Assembly (NCBI RefSeq): GCF_009834535.1
Contig: NC_045696.1
Coordinates: 32,676,001 to 32,740,000 of the forward strand
DNA length: 64,000 bases
Direction of reading: 5' to 3'
Origin: Camelus ferus
Taxonomy: Eukaryota
The position numbers and the translations under genes are program-made. Numbering within the stretch: position 1 is the first letter of the stretch; each line of letters begins with the position of its first letter. The notes under the pieces were generated by a model. It was given only the letters and a program-made list of their open reading frames with translations, was not told where the DNA came from and did not search any database. Of this stretch, positions 41,201-54,500 are shown piece by piece.

Positions 41201-42748
41201 GGAATGGGGCTGAGGAATTAGTGATGGATAGAATCAGCACAATGCCTCTACCACTAGTGTGAACCCCAGTGACTTGCCTGCCTGGGGGATTCAGATCCAC
41301 TGGGGAAGTCGGTAGAGCCTGTGTATGTAAAGTTTCTGTGGGGAGAATGAAAAGTACAGGACATTTAGAGAGAAGGCACAGCTATGAGAAAATTCAAACT
41401 GATTAATACAATTAAAAGATAATCAAAACACACAAAAGGAGACATAAATAGAGGGAGGAGAGATATGGATAGAGTGGAAATGAATGTCATGCTACCCTAG
41501 CTGATAAGAGGAGCAAAACTGAGTGTACCAGCTGGCATGTTGCTTCCTAGCAGCCAAGGTAAAAAGAGAAACAAATGTGTTACCTGGTTCCTGCTGTCTC
41601 TTAGTAGCACACTTCATTGTTAGGAGAAGCAGAATTTCCTGGGACATCGGGCAGTATTCTTGATGACCAGTTTCCACTGAAAACTAGGCTGACTATTCCA
41701 TTTATGTAGAGCAACAACTATCCCATAGGGCAACTTAGAAAAAGGTGCCTCATCCCTGGCAGGCAGGCGTACACTGTTGGGTGTAGGCAAGAAGATGGCA
41801 GTTTTGGAAGAAGAAAAGAAAAGCATTCCTTAGACTTCCAACAGCCAGCTCCAGAGTCACATCTTGGCCAATGAGGTGCAGGTTGAAATTCAACCAGACA
41901 TGTTTATGCAGTGCACATTTGGCACTACCTAGCAATTCTGTATATAATAAGGTCATTTAAGCCACAAATTTTGTGAAATCTTGATATTACTAAGAGAAAG
42001 TATTGAAGCTACTAGAGAAAAAAGAAGTTAGAAAGTCAAATATTCAGGTGTAGAAAATATTGAGGAAAAGAGTGAGCATGTTATAATTTTTAGAGTAAAT
42101 TTAAATATTTTAAACTCCAGTCCTTCCAGTTTAATTAGTTGAACCTGCAATTTTAATCCTTCTTTTGCTTTATGGAAGTTTTTTATTTTGAAGTTTGGGC
42201 TGGTGAAATCATCAGTTTAACTATCAGTTGATTTAATGCATCCTGTTTATACACCATCAGTGATTGAATAACTTACCCTCTGGTTACTGATTGCCAGTTA
42301 TTTTCCATTCCAAGGCGTAGAGGCCATTAGGTTTCTTAAACTATGAGATCAGAGATATTTAGCGCAAAGCCCTATTTCAGCACTTATTCCAGTTCTTGTT
42401 CATTGTCCCTGAGGGAAGCTCATTAGTATATTTTGATGGTGCAGTTTGAAAGGATACCTTTTCCTTCCCCTACATCCCACCCTACCAGCTGTTCTAAACT
42501 CCATTAAAAACTTACAAAGAAAGGAAGATATTTTTCTTGAGAAATAGATACAAGGAAAGGGATGACTGGCTGTTGGTGGTTTTGAGAAATTCTGGAGATA
42601 TTTCTAATAAACCCTTTAAACTTAAAATATTTTTTTGAAGGCTATCTGATCTGTCTTTCTTCAGACTAAGGAGCAGTTTTTCTTATCTATTATGACAACA
42701 ATAACAACAGTGATTGAAATAAGATATAAAACAAAGCAAGTTAGTGTG

Positions 42749-43120
42749 TGTGATGGACTGACTTGTATCTCTCCCATCCCCGAATTCATATGTTAGAGCC
42801 CTTACCCACTAGCATGACTGTATTTGGAGACAGTGCCTTTAAGGAGGTAATTAAGATTAAGTGAGGCTCTGAGGGTGGGACCTTAGGCCAATATGACCAG
42901 TGTCCTTACAGGAGGGAAAGACACCAGGGAGATGTGCACACAGAGAAAAGGCCATGTGAGGACACAGCAAGAGCCAAGGAGAGAGGGCTTAGGAAGAATC
43001 AACCCTGCCAGCACAATGCTCTCAGACTTTCAGTCTTCAGAAGTGTGAGAAAATAAGTTTGTGTTGTTTAAACCAGGATTCTGTGGTATTTTGTTATGGC
43101 AGTCCTAACAGATTAATATA
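42749..43120 (+). mobile_element. MaLR solo LTR, MLT1A0/MLT1B type, full length
   Basis: tgtgatggactga...aattcatatgttagagccc...gtatttggagacagtgcctttaaggaggtaattaag...gccatgtgaggacacagc...gtgagaaaataagtttgtgttgtttaa...ttgttatggcagtcctaacagattaatata. Flanks are GTGTG/GCATG. Confidence 0.9.
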
Positions 43121-46100
43121 GCATGTCTGTTTTTCCGGTATTTAATATAAAGTATCAATAAGTACCAAATTAGTATTTATAAAATGTATTCATGCATTTA
43201 TTAATTTGTTTACTGAATTGAATATTGAACACCTACTGTGTTCAGGCACTTGCTGGACCCTGGGAGTCCAAAAATGAGTGACATGGCGTGTGTCCTCACT
43301 CTGTCAGTGGAGCGTATAATTCTTTCCCCAGTTATTTCAGTTAGACATATCCTGAGTTACATGGAATGAGAACTAAATGACCCTAAATTGAAACATTTCT
43401 GTCCCTCTCCTTGACCTTCTCTCTCAGAATGTAAGCTCCTAAAGTCTAGTGCTGTTGTTTTTTTGATTGTTGCTGTGTTTCCAGAGTTTAGTGCCAGATC
43501 ATAGTAGCCCATCGTCCCCTCCAAAAAACTGTCAAAATAATGATTTAAATATTTATTGTCTCATAGTGATGATTCTTCAATTTCCCAAAAATGTGAGAAG
43601 TTTATTGTAAGTATATATATTCTTAATCTATTAACATTATATTTCTTAACAAATTTCTATTCTTTTTCCATTGACATTTCACTTTAGTTGATAGAGAAAT
43701 TTCACAGACTGTGCACATACATGTTACTTGCCTTGCCATTTTGAAATTAGGAAGAATTTATTAAAGGTATACGAGTCAGGAAGTTAAAGAGTTTTCATAG
43801 GTCAAGGACTCTGATCCTGTTCTTGATTCTAGGTTCTTTCATTCTTCTTTTGTTGGGCTTCCTTTGTTGGAAGTTTGTAGCACAGAATAGTTTTGAAGAA
43901 AATGTATATTAAAAATTGAATGAGCCAAAACAATATAGTTTTGTGCTTCAGTAAAAAGAAAGTTTACCCCCTTATTTCTATTTTTCTTGGTGTAGTTTAT
44001 CTCAGCCCTCCATCATACCTTGTCTGAACAAGGACCTCCTAAGTGGTCTAATCTTCTTCATTCTTTATACTGATGACAAAGTTACTCTCTTAGAAAAACA
44101 TAATGGTGGTTGTGCTAATGCTCTACTCGAGAAAAAAAAGATTCATAACAAATAAGGTGTTTCTGGAACCTGCAAAGTACAGTTCAGTTAATCGGTGTGG
44201 TATTTACAGTCTTTCAGTTTATCTTTTTGGCTCTGGACTCCTTTACTGTGTCCTCATGTACTTTCGAGCCCAGAGTGGAAAGTTGCAACACTCCACGTTC
44301 AAGCACTTCTGTCTGTCTTCTTGCACTGTTTGAAGTATGCTCCAACCCCATTTCTGCTTATTAAGATACTACTAATTTTTCAAATTTGAACTGTCATAAC
44401 ACTCTCCTTCTAATAGGATTCTCACACCATCATAGTGAAAATAAATTGCCCCTCACATTTGATCCAATCCATCCTGGTTTATAACTCTGTTATAGCCATC
44501 ACATACCATATTGCATTATTAATTGTGGTCTCTTTGGTGAACTTAAGTTGCTCAAAGAACTTCCTTGTTTCTCTGGAATAACAGTAGGAAGTGGATTGTA
44601 TGTGTTTGGTAAAGTGAATTCAAATTATAAAAAAAACCCCAGCATTTTAAAGAATATTGCACATAAAATAATTGGAGTATAGTTTCATATGAAAACATAA
44701 AGCTAAATTTTAGGTATGTTTTATAATAACATGTTAGAAGCATATAGTTTTCCTTTTATTGATTGATTGGAATACTTGGTAATTCATATTTATGCTTGAA
44801 ATAATTTTGGTAGTGGGTCAGTACATTCTTTAGTTCCTTTATATTTATGAGAAGTTTAAAAATGTATTTATTCTTTAAGTTGTCTTTCGGTTTATTTTAA
44901 TGTAATATCTACCTGAAGTATTGGTATTCAATTAGAGTGATAACATCATGTGCATGTCTATATCGGACTATAGTGTCTCAGAAGTGCTAGGTGACGGCTG
45001 GGGTATCCTGTAACATCTAGACTGGATTCTCAAAAATGTCTCACCTCATCTTAAAAATTAAAGACATAGATTTTGTGCTATAGTGTTATACTTCTGTGAA
45101 ATATTTTTATAAACAGAGGAGTAGTATTAAGGTCATTGTGACTATGTCACAAGTTGGAGATTCAAAGCACTAACTAGACTTGATAGAGCCCTATTTATTG
45201 CCACAAGCTCTACTTTATTGTCTAAGTTTCTGATTGCAGCTCCATTTAGCTTTTCTGCACATAATACGAACCGTATTGCAGCTAGATTATATCTGTCATC
45301 GATGAAAGCAATATATTTTTCCACTTGTAATTCATTCTTGGTTTTCTAGATCCATAATCCTCTAGGGAGTGTCATGAATCCACATAATATTCCCCAATGC
45401 TAGATATTACATTTGTATATGTGATTTAACTGACAGATGTATAAAAATCACACACAGCTAGATAACCTCACAATGACTGTGCAGCTGTGAATCCTGAAAA
45501 ATGTCGGTTATTCCAGCTGAGTTAGATGTACAATATAATCAAAATAACCAAATTCCAATTTATTCCCCTATTTTAATTGCATATATGCTGAAGATCTTAG
45601 TAACAGTGAAACAAGTAACCTATTTTCAAATATTTGTAAAGTAACACACAGAAACAATGACTCCAGATAAAAAATAATTATGTTCTTGTTGTACTTCTTT
45701 AGTGGGAATTATAAGCTCTCCAGTTCTTGGTATAGTGCAGCAATTACTTGTTTACATGCCAGTTGATAAATATCATCGTGACCTTCCCCTTTCCCTAGTG
45801 GTATAAATGGGAGGGAGACTTGGGATACAGAATAGGTGAGAAGCATATGGGTAGATGCAAATTATTGGTGATGTTCTCTTTCTTGGATTGCTGGTGTTTT
45901 CCTCTTGTTCATTATATAATACTTTATAACTGATAGGTGTATGTGTTTGCAATGTTGTATAGCTCAAATATATTTGGAACTTTTATAAGAGGGAAAGAGT
46001 ATGATACTGATTTCTTTGCTCCATCCTGCATTAATCACTCAAGTTAGTATGTATGTTCTGCTAAGGAACTAGGGAGAGATTGGAGGGCCACAACTGTGTG

Positions 46101-46219
46101 GTTACTTATATCTTTGCATTGCTTGTTCACTGATGTAATAATAACTTAAAGTAAGATTAACTATTGATAGATTTGATTCATCTTTCTCACTGTTTAGATC
46201 TTGTGACCTCCCCTAACCT

Positions 46220-46681
46220 AGTTATCTACCAAAACACTTAGTGGCTTAAACAATAGCCATTTTACTATATCTCATGATTCTGGGGAGCAAAAATTTAGCC
46301 AGGTCACTACTGGGAATTTCCCTTTTTATGGCATCAATGAAAGTCACCCACTGAAATTCAGCTGGTAAAAGGGCTGGTCTGTAGAGTTCAAGAAAGTTTC
46401 ACTCACAACTGACTGGTGCCTTGTGACTTTTGTCTGATGAGTGCCTTAAGATGGTCAGAATCGGACGTGAAGGCTCAGGCCTCCAAAAACACGTTTTTTA
46501 GAAAGCAGGATGGAATCTGCCGGGCCTTCCTAGCCTCGGAAGTCATGTGGCATCTCTTTGGCTGCACTCTACTAAGCAAAGGGGTCACATGATTGCCTGA
46601 ATTCAGAGGGTCAGGACATAAACCCATGTCTCAATGGGAGGGGTGTCAAAGAATTTGCAGTTATGTGTTTAAACCATCACA
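46220..46681 (-). mobile_element. MaLR LTR, MLT1H/I type
   Basis: cttagtggcttaaacaatagccatttt..tctcatgattctgggg...cctagcctcggaagtcatgtggcatc...tcaaagaatttgcagttatgtgtttaaaccatcaca. Confidence 0.75.
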
Positions 46682-46942
46682 TCCATACGTGTATAGCATT
46701 GTTTTGTGCCATCATTTTATGAATTCCATATCTCTATACTTTCACATTTTTCCTAGAGGTCTCAGTCTTGTCAGATTCTAAACTGGTAAATTCTGCCAGG
46801 ACCCATAATGAAGCTTGGATAAAAGTGCCCTCTACCTTTGTTTATTTATTTTCTTTACACATTGTTGCCACCATTCAATGCTCTTTAGTTTGTATGAATT
46901 GGTAAATTCTGTGGTATAACACTGATACGTATCTTCCACTAC

Positions 46943-47026
46943 ATAGATAAATAGGTAGGTAGACAGATGGAGGGAAGGAGGGAGAAGGGAAGGAAGGAAG
47001 GAAGGAAAGGGAGGGAGTGAGGGAGA
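46943..47026. repeat. (TAGR)/(GGAA)/(GGGA) purine-rich simple repeat
   Basis: Direct reading. Confidence 0.85.
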
Positions 47027-48547
47027 TCTCTATCTCTCAGTTCTGTGGCACAGAGAAATAGCACATCATGCTCAAGTTCACATCAAAAAGTGATGAGGCC
47101 TGGGGTTCTAGGCCTGGTGTTGAATGCTTTTCACAAGTAGTTGTGTTACATGAACATGACAAGCGACACTGTGTAGGCAATTTTAACAGAAAATTGATCA
47201 CCTTGCAAAAACCCGTTCTTGCATTTCCATTTGTTCCATGATCATCCCTCAATTGGTTTGTAAGTACAAGGACTCAGCTCCGGATCATAAGCTTTTGGGG
47301 GCTTTCATTATATGTTCTCTTGAACTCCACATGTTGAGGCATTTAACTTATCCCGCAGAACTTCCTGCCATTTGTGAGCTTGGCTCATTAAATGTTTGCT
47401 AACAGTCTGAGAAGTCTGGGATCTGACCCCCTAATCTTCACATTCAAAAGGCCTAAGAAAAAAGAAGCTAATTGGAGTCTAATTTAACTCTGAAAAATGT
47501 ACCCTACAGTTACATATTCCCCTCACATTTTATCTTTGATTATGTATAGTGAGCCCCTTCTCATTCATATAATTTGCTCATTGTGGCATACAATCTAGAA
47601 AAAGTGTTCATGGAATATGTATACTGTTAGCATGACCTCAGATTAATCTCTTTAAAAATGTTGCTTAAAACTATATTCATCCAAATAAGTTCCTTTTTAT
47701 AGATTCTTTGTCTTTTTATTTTCCTTAGTAAATCTAATAATATGATTAGAGTTGCTCAGATAATCTTCCATCTCAAGGTTTTATTCATTTCTGATTCATT
47801 GTGTCTATTATTAAACCCAGCTGTTGATGTTTTTGAACAAACTGATTTCTGAATTAACTCTACATTGTGTTCTATAATAACCCCACTTCAGTATTATCAT
47901 GGGTTGCTCCCAATTTACTTTTAGATAATTAAAGCCTCTCTTTATTCCTATCCAAGTTGCCTGTTTTATTTCCCAGAACACAAGGATGTGATTTCATTCA
48001 TGTTGCTCTAGGGGTCTAAAGTTGATAATCATTTTTCTACATCTGCCCTCATCAGTGTCTGCTTGGAAAATTCGCTGCTGTATCCTCATCTCTTGGCTTC
48101 CTCTCATTAGCATTTGCATTCCCACTGATATAGTGCGTTTTTCTGCCACAAGCCATTCCTTGTTGTTTTCCTATGAAGTCAGTACCTTTGCATCAGAATT
48201 GTCCTAATTTCCCTAGCATATTAGATATTTTCCTTGTATTGACTTGTTTACGTGGTTTATTTACATATGACTATGTCTGCTTCAGAATTGATGACATCTA
48301 TTACTGAAATATGAAAAATGCACATATATATGTATCTCAGTATCTGAATAAGCAATTCACAGATTGGTATGGGAAAAGAAAATCTAGGTCATCATAAAAA
48401 GCCTTGCTTGTTTCTCTTTAATTTTCATGCTGAAAAGCCTGTAACAATTTATATACTATTTTTTAAGTCAGAACAAAGAAAAAGTGGTTCAGATAACCGT
48501 CATAACCAATATATTCTACTGGATATTCATGTATGGGATGGCATAGC

Positions 48548-48553
<6 letters not shown>

Positions 48554-48594
<41 letters not shown>
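48554..48594. repeat. (TA)n microsatellite, ~20 units
   Basis: Direct reading. Confidence 0.95.
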
Positions 48595-48597
<3 letters not shown>

Positions 48598-51500
48598 AAT
48601 CTATACTTATACAGGGTACAGGTATATTTTATATTCTATATACTTTACAGGCTTACTTGATATTTTATATACTTTGTATTAATATTTAATTACGGTATGA
48701 TTTCTTACCGAATATCTACCCCTAATGTGACAAAATGAAATTATAAAAATTGTGAGGAATTTGTAAAATTTCTACTTCTCTGTAGTTATGACTTAGAACT
48801 GATGTTCTGAATGAAGCTTCTTAGATTTTATACATTTCCTTGTATAGAATACCATTATTTTTTTGCTCACCAAAATATAAATTTCCTATCAAGACAATCA
48901 TTATGTAGTTTATTGTAAAATGGGCATTGAAAAATATAGTTGATGTAGTTAGGAAATTTCCTTAAAGGTAAAAGTCACTATCCTCATTATATGCCTGTAT
49001 TGCTTTGTTATATGATGTCTTTCTTACTTGCCTTTTCTTAACCTGAGGAATAAAATCTACACCGAGAAGTTTACATAACCAGAAAACAGGAAGGTGCATT
49101 GTTTGAGATTATACAGATTAATTTAATGTTATGTAGTAATGTAAAAACACTTCAGTTTTATCTCTTGGAGACACGTAAACCTCTGTACTTTCCCACAGTT
49201 TTTATCAAGCAAAAATATAGATTCCCTTAGTTTAGCATTTTTAAAACAATGTATCAGTGGAATTTGCCTTTTAAGGTGTAAGATTCCCTTCATTTTTATT
49301 TTAATGTTTCTAACAGCATGCACTTGAAAGGAATTAGAGTTAAAATATCAGTAATCTGGATTTTCCTCTTACTTTCCTATGCTCCCCACCTGTGTGGGAT
49401 ATAAGTCTCATCATAACCAGATGTGAAGAGTTTTATTTGAAAGCCTTTCTATTTTACAAAAAGAGGACTTAGGAAAATACTTGCCTACATATTTAGCCTT
49501 CTATCACTTGCTGGTAAGGATGTGAGATATAGTTATTTTTCTGCCTTGAGAATTTCAGGTACTTGATTCTAAGCATTGAACAGAATTTGGGTGCCAATAT
49601 CTGATGTTTAGAGATTTTTCTGTACAGTTCTAGAGGTTCATATATTTTGTATAATAAGCATCTCAGATCTCTTTAGTAGATAGGAAGGATGTAGATACAA
49701 AAGTAAGTAAAGTACCCTTTATCCAGCCATCATGAAGACAGTGCAATGTGAAAATACAGTCTTACAGTGTTTTTCTTAATGTTATTGAGGACATAGAAAT
49801 GACAATGAACTTGATATTTGCAGAAAATTGAATAGATAGACCTGCCCCAGTCTGTTATGAACAGGTTGTTTGTGAGGACATTTTTAAAATAATAAATATA
49901 TAAGGTCAATTGTGTGGGACAGTTTCAATCATGGAGTTTCTATATTTTGTTTGTTTTTTGTTTTACAACAGCTCACTTTAGCCTTGAATTAGAGCCTTTT
50001 GCCTAAAGCAGTTATTAATTTTCATTTAAAAATCCCTCAAAATGTATATATTTTAGTCAGTGAGAACTAGAAAATTAGTCATAACATCTGTTCATGATTT
50101 TTAGTAAAAATTTAGCTCCCCACATTACCAAGGTCTTTTAAAAACTATTATAATGTTTCATAACATTTGATATTTTTCAACTCAGTTTTGGCTTTTTAGT
50201 TTATAATTTTACCAGTGTTTCCAGTTCCCACTACCCATAAGAATTAAACTGACGAGTTAAAGCCACTTGTTCTAAACAAAATGGCAATGACCTCACTTGT
50301 TCTAAATACAATTTTTAGTTTAAATTTTAAACAGAAAAGTTATTTTTGACAGTATCTCTTGGCATTCAAGCAGGTTAAAACGTTTTCTCCTCTCTTTTAT
50401 AAATGTCAGTGAAAACTGTCGATTTTGAACCAGTTGACACTATATGACACTCTGTTTGTATGTTTTGTTGCTTTACATGCAAGGTTTTCCTTATGGTTTA
50501 TTTCTCCCTAAGAGGCGGCACTTTGTTAATATGGCTGTGTACGATTTTCTGACAAGTGCTGAACCTACGCTAACAAAAAATGGTTCTTATTTATGATATG
50601 TCAAATTACTGTTCTGAGAGTAGACCTTTTAGGTTGCATTCAGCCTTTAATTTGACTGAATTTAAACGGCATAAAATGCCTTTTAGTTGGGCCCTGGCTG
50701 GCATATTATATATCTCATTTCAATGAAAAACATTCACATGCAAATACAATTTGTTTGGAGTGAGGACAAATGTGACTATCATGACTGATGAAGGCTTTTG
50801 ATCACAGTTCTGCGAACTGAAACCTTGAGAAGAAGAGGCTATTTGGGCTGGCATCTGCAGTCCCATGCATTATTTAGTTCACATTACTCATAAATCTTTT
50901 GAAGATGGGGTTTTGTGAGGCTTTAAGGAGTCGTCGTCATAGCTGTGTTGCCAGCATCAGTGTAGGCTGGAAGTGTCTGCCTGCATATGAACGCTTCCTT
51001 TAAACGTTAAGTGTTCTATAGCCCATAAAGCGTGTTACCTGAGTGCTCTAGCCAAGTTACTTTCTTAGGAAATGGAATCTGATGCCCATCCCTTCCTTAC
51101 TCCTTCCACCATTGGGTCTATTGGAAGGAAAAGTTGGATGAGCATATTGTGGAGCAGTTCGCATGGATTATATGTAGAAGTGGGCAGAGCACATCAACAG
51201 AACACATATTTTTTATTCCAGCTTCAGATTAGAGTAAGCTAAACACCCACCTTCCGCCAACACCATGATCCTCTTTTCCTCCTTACCTTTTCACTGATGC
51301 AGCTGCCTGGGAAGTCCTCTCTCCTCTTTTTTCAGATTTCCACCCAACTTTTTGTAGCTGGTGAGTTGATTTTTCTAAAACTTAATCCCACTGCTGATGG
51401 AGTAGCCTAGTACACTTACATCCCTTTGGATTACTTGTTTACATATTTGTTTCTTTTTCTAGGTGGTAAGATGCCTGAGGACAGGGTTCTTGTATTAATG

Positions 51501-54500
51501 ATATTCTTTGTTCTAGAGCAATAGCATCCCTGTAATTTATAGGGCGTGTTCAATAAATGGATATTAGAGTATCTTGACTTGAAATACCCTCACACTATGT
51601 CTCCTAATGAAACCATGGATATATCTAATATTGCTTCCAGTTTTCATAAAGGACTATCGCTTCAAAATTATTTTAAAATGTAAAATATCAAGGGAAGTTT
51701 AATGTTGGGTACACTTTAAGAAGAACATCCTATTTAGGGATCTTCTATTGGCTTTCAACTGTCACAGGGGAGTGACTCATGTTGAGACCTAGTTTTCAGA
51801 GAGTGAGTTGAAAGGCTCAATTGTAATTTGTTTGTTTTAATTTTTAAGTAATGCTTCAGAGTTTTAAAATTAATGAACAGTTGCAGTGTACGCTGCTCAA
51901 TCGATGTCTCTTGCCCTCTATTTAGAGTGCAGAGTATTTGATAATCAACACTGCTGAGAAGGTTAGACCACATAATCTCTAATGGTATCTTCTAACTCTG
52001 AGATTCTCTGATTCTCTGAAGTCATCCCAGGTGGGATTTAGGCTTAACAGTAGGTGCAAATACAAGCATCCTGAATAAATTTACTTACAGTTTGACTATT
52101 TTAAAATCCTGAGAACCAATTTTATTTTATTTCTCTCTAAAATATTTTTTTCTGTAAACTGTTGGGACTTCTTAACATGTTTATTAATATGTACATATAA
52201 AATGGTTTGTGAAATTATGAAAAACAGCATCATCATAGGAACATTCTCTTCCCTGGGTAGATGCACTATTGTTCCACAGGTAGGAAGAATCAGTACCTGG
52301 TACTAAAAGTCAAGATGTATGATGTGAGGGAAAGTCCCTGTGCCAGGAGAAGGAAGATTCGGAACTTTCTCCATTCCTCTCCTTAGAAGCTGGTTAGTAC
52401 TGAGAAAATCTGGAACTGTCCCTCAGGCTTTAATTTCCACATTTACAATTTGGAATTAACAGTGTCTGACCTCAGAATTTCCTTGTGAATCCTATGCAAT
52501 GATAAATATGGAAACTTAAAAAAAAAGCATTAAATTATTTCTTTACTGTGAGATTTGCTAGTATCAACCTTACAAAATTTAGGATAAAGCATAGTCTGTA
52601 AAGAAAGCTTTCTGATCTTAAGAATTCATTTCCAATTTGATATAGTGAAGTTGTTGTTGTAGGTCTGTTATCTTTTCAACTTTACATTCTAGACCAGGTT
52701 GGTGTGTTTATGAATTTTTTATTTTATTTTTTTAATTTTTATTTAAGGAACTCACATTAGATGTTAGTGCTAAAATTATCACTTTTTTATTGTGAATGTG
52801 ACTATTACAGACCTCAAAGTAAACTGTTACCAGCTTTAAAAAATAATGTTAATAACTACGAGCTTCTTTAACAATTTGCTGTTATTTAGTTATAAACTGC
52901 TTCATACCATTATACCTTACAGATACATATTTAAAACTTTATAACTAGCAGTATTTGTTGTGTAAAATGAACATATTATTTACCAATTCAGCAGTATTTT
53001 ACAATCCCAAACTAGCAGCTAATTTACCTGTAGCACAGTATGATGTAATCTTTCTACTTGTTCTCAGTTGCAATCCGAGATTCAGGGGAAAATCGGGATC
53101 CAGAACGTATTTCTGTATAATTGTCTTCATCAAAAAGTATTTTGTCCCTCTCTCCAGGGATAAGGCTCATTTCAAATGGCGGTGTTCTGGCTATAATTTT
53201 AAACTGCCTGAATCTAATGTAAATATAAAATAATAATATTGGTTTTCTTAAGTGGATCTTGAAATCTAGATCATTACTTTGTACTTTTAACTTTTTCCAT
53301 CCAGCCTTTCTCCTAGCGTTTGGCACTAATCTAGAGATGACATTTGAAGATATCTGTAGCCTGATTTGCTTCCATATGCAAAATTAAAAGTGGCTTTGTA
53401 GTAATGTTGTAACTATGTATTTTGTAACTATAAGAGTTTTCATCTATCTGCAACTCCCTCTGCTATTTTGTCATCATATTTTAATAATGGAGCCTGTTTG
53501 AAGTAACTTTGTCCCAAGATACTCTTTTGGGCTGAGTTAATGATAAACTAAAAAAAGTTTACCCAAACTGGTGTCCAGAAGATGCTGCAAAGTACAGCAA
53601 ATACATTTTCTGAAACTAAACTCCTATAACCATTTTTTCCAGTCTATCTCCATATGATCTGATTAATATTATCTATTGGCATTTTACCAATTGAGGCAAA
53701 CTATGTTTGGAAGCTTCTTCCCTCAAAATATTGAAATAATGATGGTTATAATACTCTGTTTAGAAAATATTTGTCTCAGATGAAAACATGTGTCATCCAG
53801 ATGGTATGTCTTTTTTTCAATTACTATTCAGGTTTAAGACTGTATTTGACACAGAAGTCTGGGCCATGTTGGTTCTATAATTCATTTATAAAATAATTTT
53901 AAAGTCCATTTAAACAAGTATCTAAAGCTCTAGAAGTGGTCCAGATTATGGTATATTTAATTTTGTGTGTGTGTGTGTCTTAAAATAGAGTTCTCATCAT
54001 ATCTCTGAGAAATGTCACCTATATTGCTCTTGTTCTGGTGGATTTCAAATTAAGATGTGGTCACAGTAGATCCTCAGTTACTCAACATTTGTTGTTAAGC
54101 CTTAAATAAAGTGTTAATCATATCTTTCAAACCATAATATTTACCCTAAAATTCATGTTATGATTAGCCTTACTATATCAAAGTAGAATAATAATACCTA
54201 CTGACCTGTCTATTGACCCAGAGGGTAACATAGCACCTAATGAAGTTTTCCGGCAAAATAAATTATGTAGAAAGCACTGACTACATCAATATAAAGTAAA
54301 AGTGTTAAATAGGAAGCACAAGCAAAGAAACATAGGAAAAGAAGATGCCATTGAGGTTCTCCGTAACATACACTGGAACCAAATATCAACAACCGAGTGC
54401 TTACCCACCTATTTACTGTTGAATCAGTAATGAAAGTTCTCTTGTCACTCATTATGGCTGTAGGTTTAATAACATCTCTGTGTCAGAAGCCGATGATATA

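Noticed and set aside
51440..51472. Strong pyrimidine tract plus AG followed by GTGGTAAG
   Set aside because: It sits within an L2 3'-end remnant and has no evidence of being an exon.
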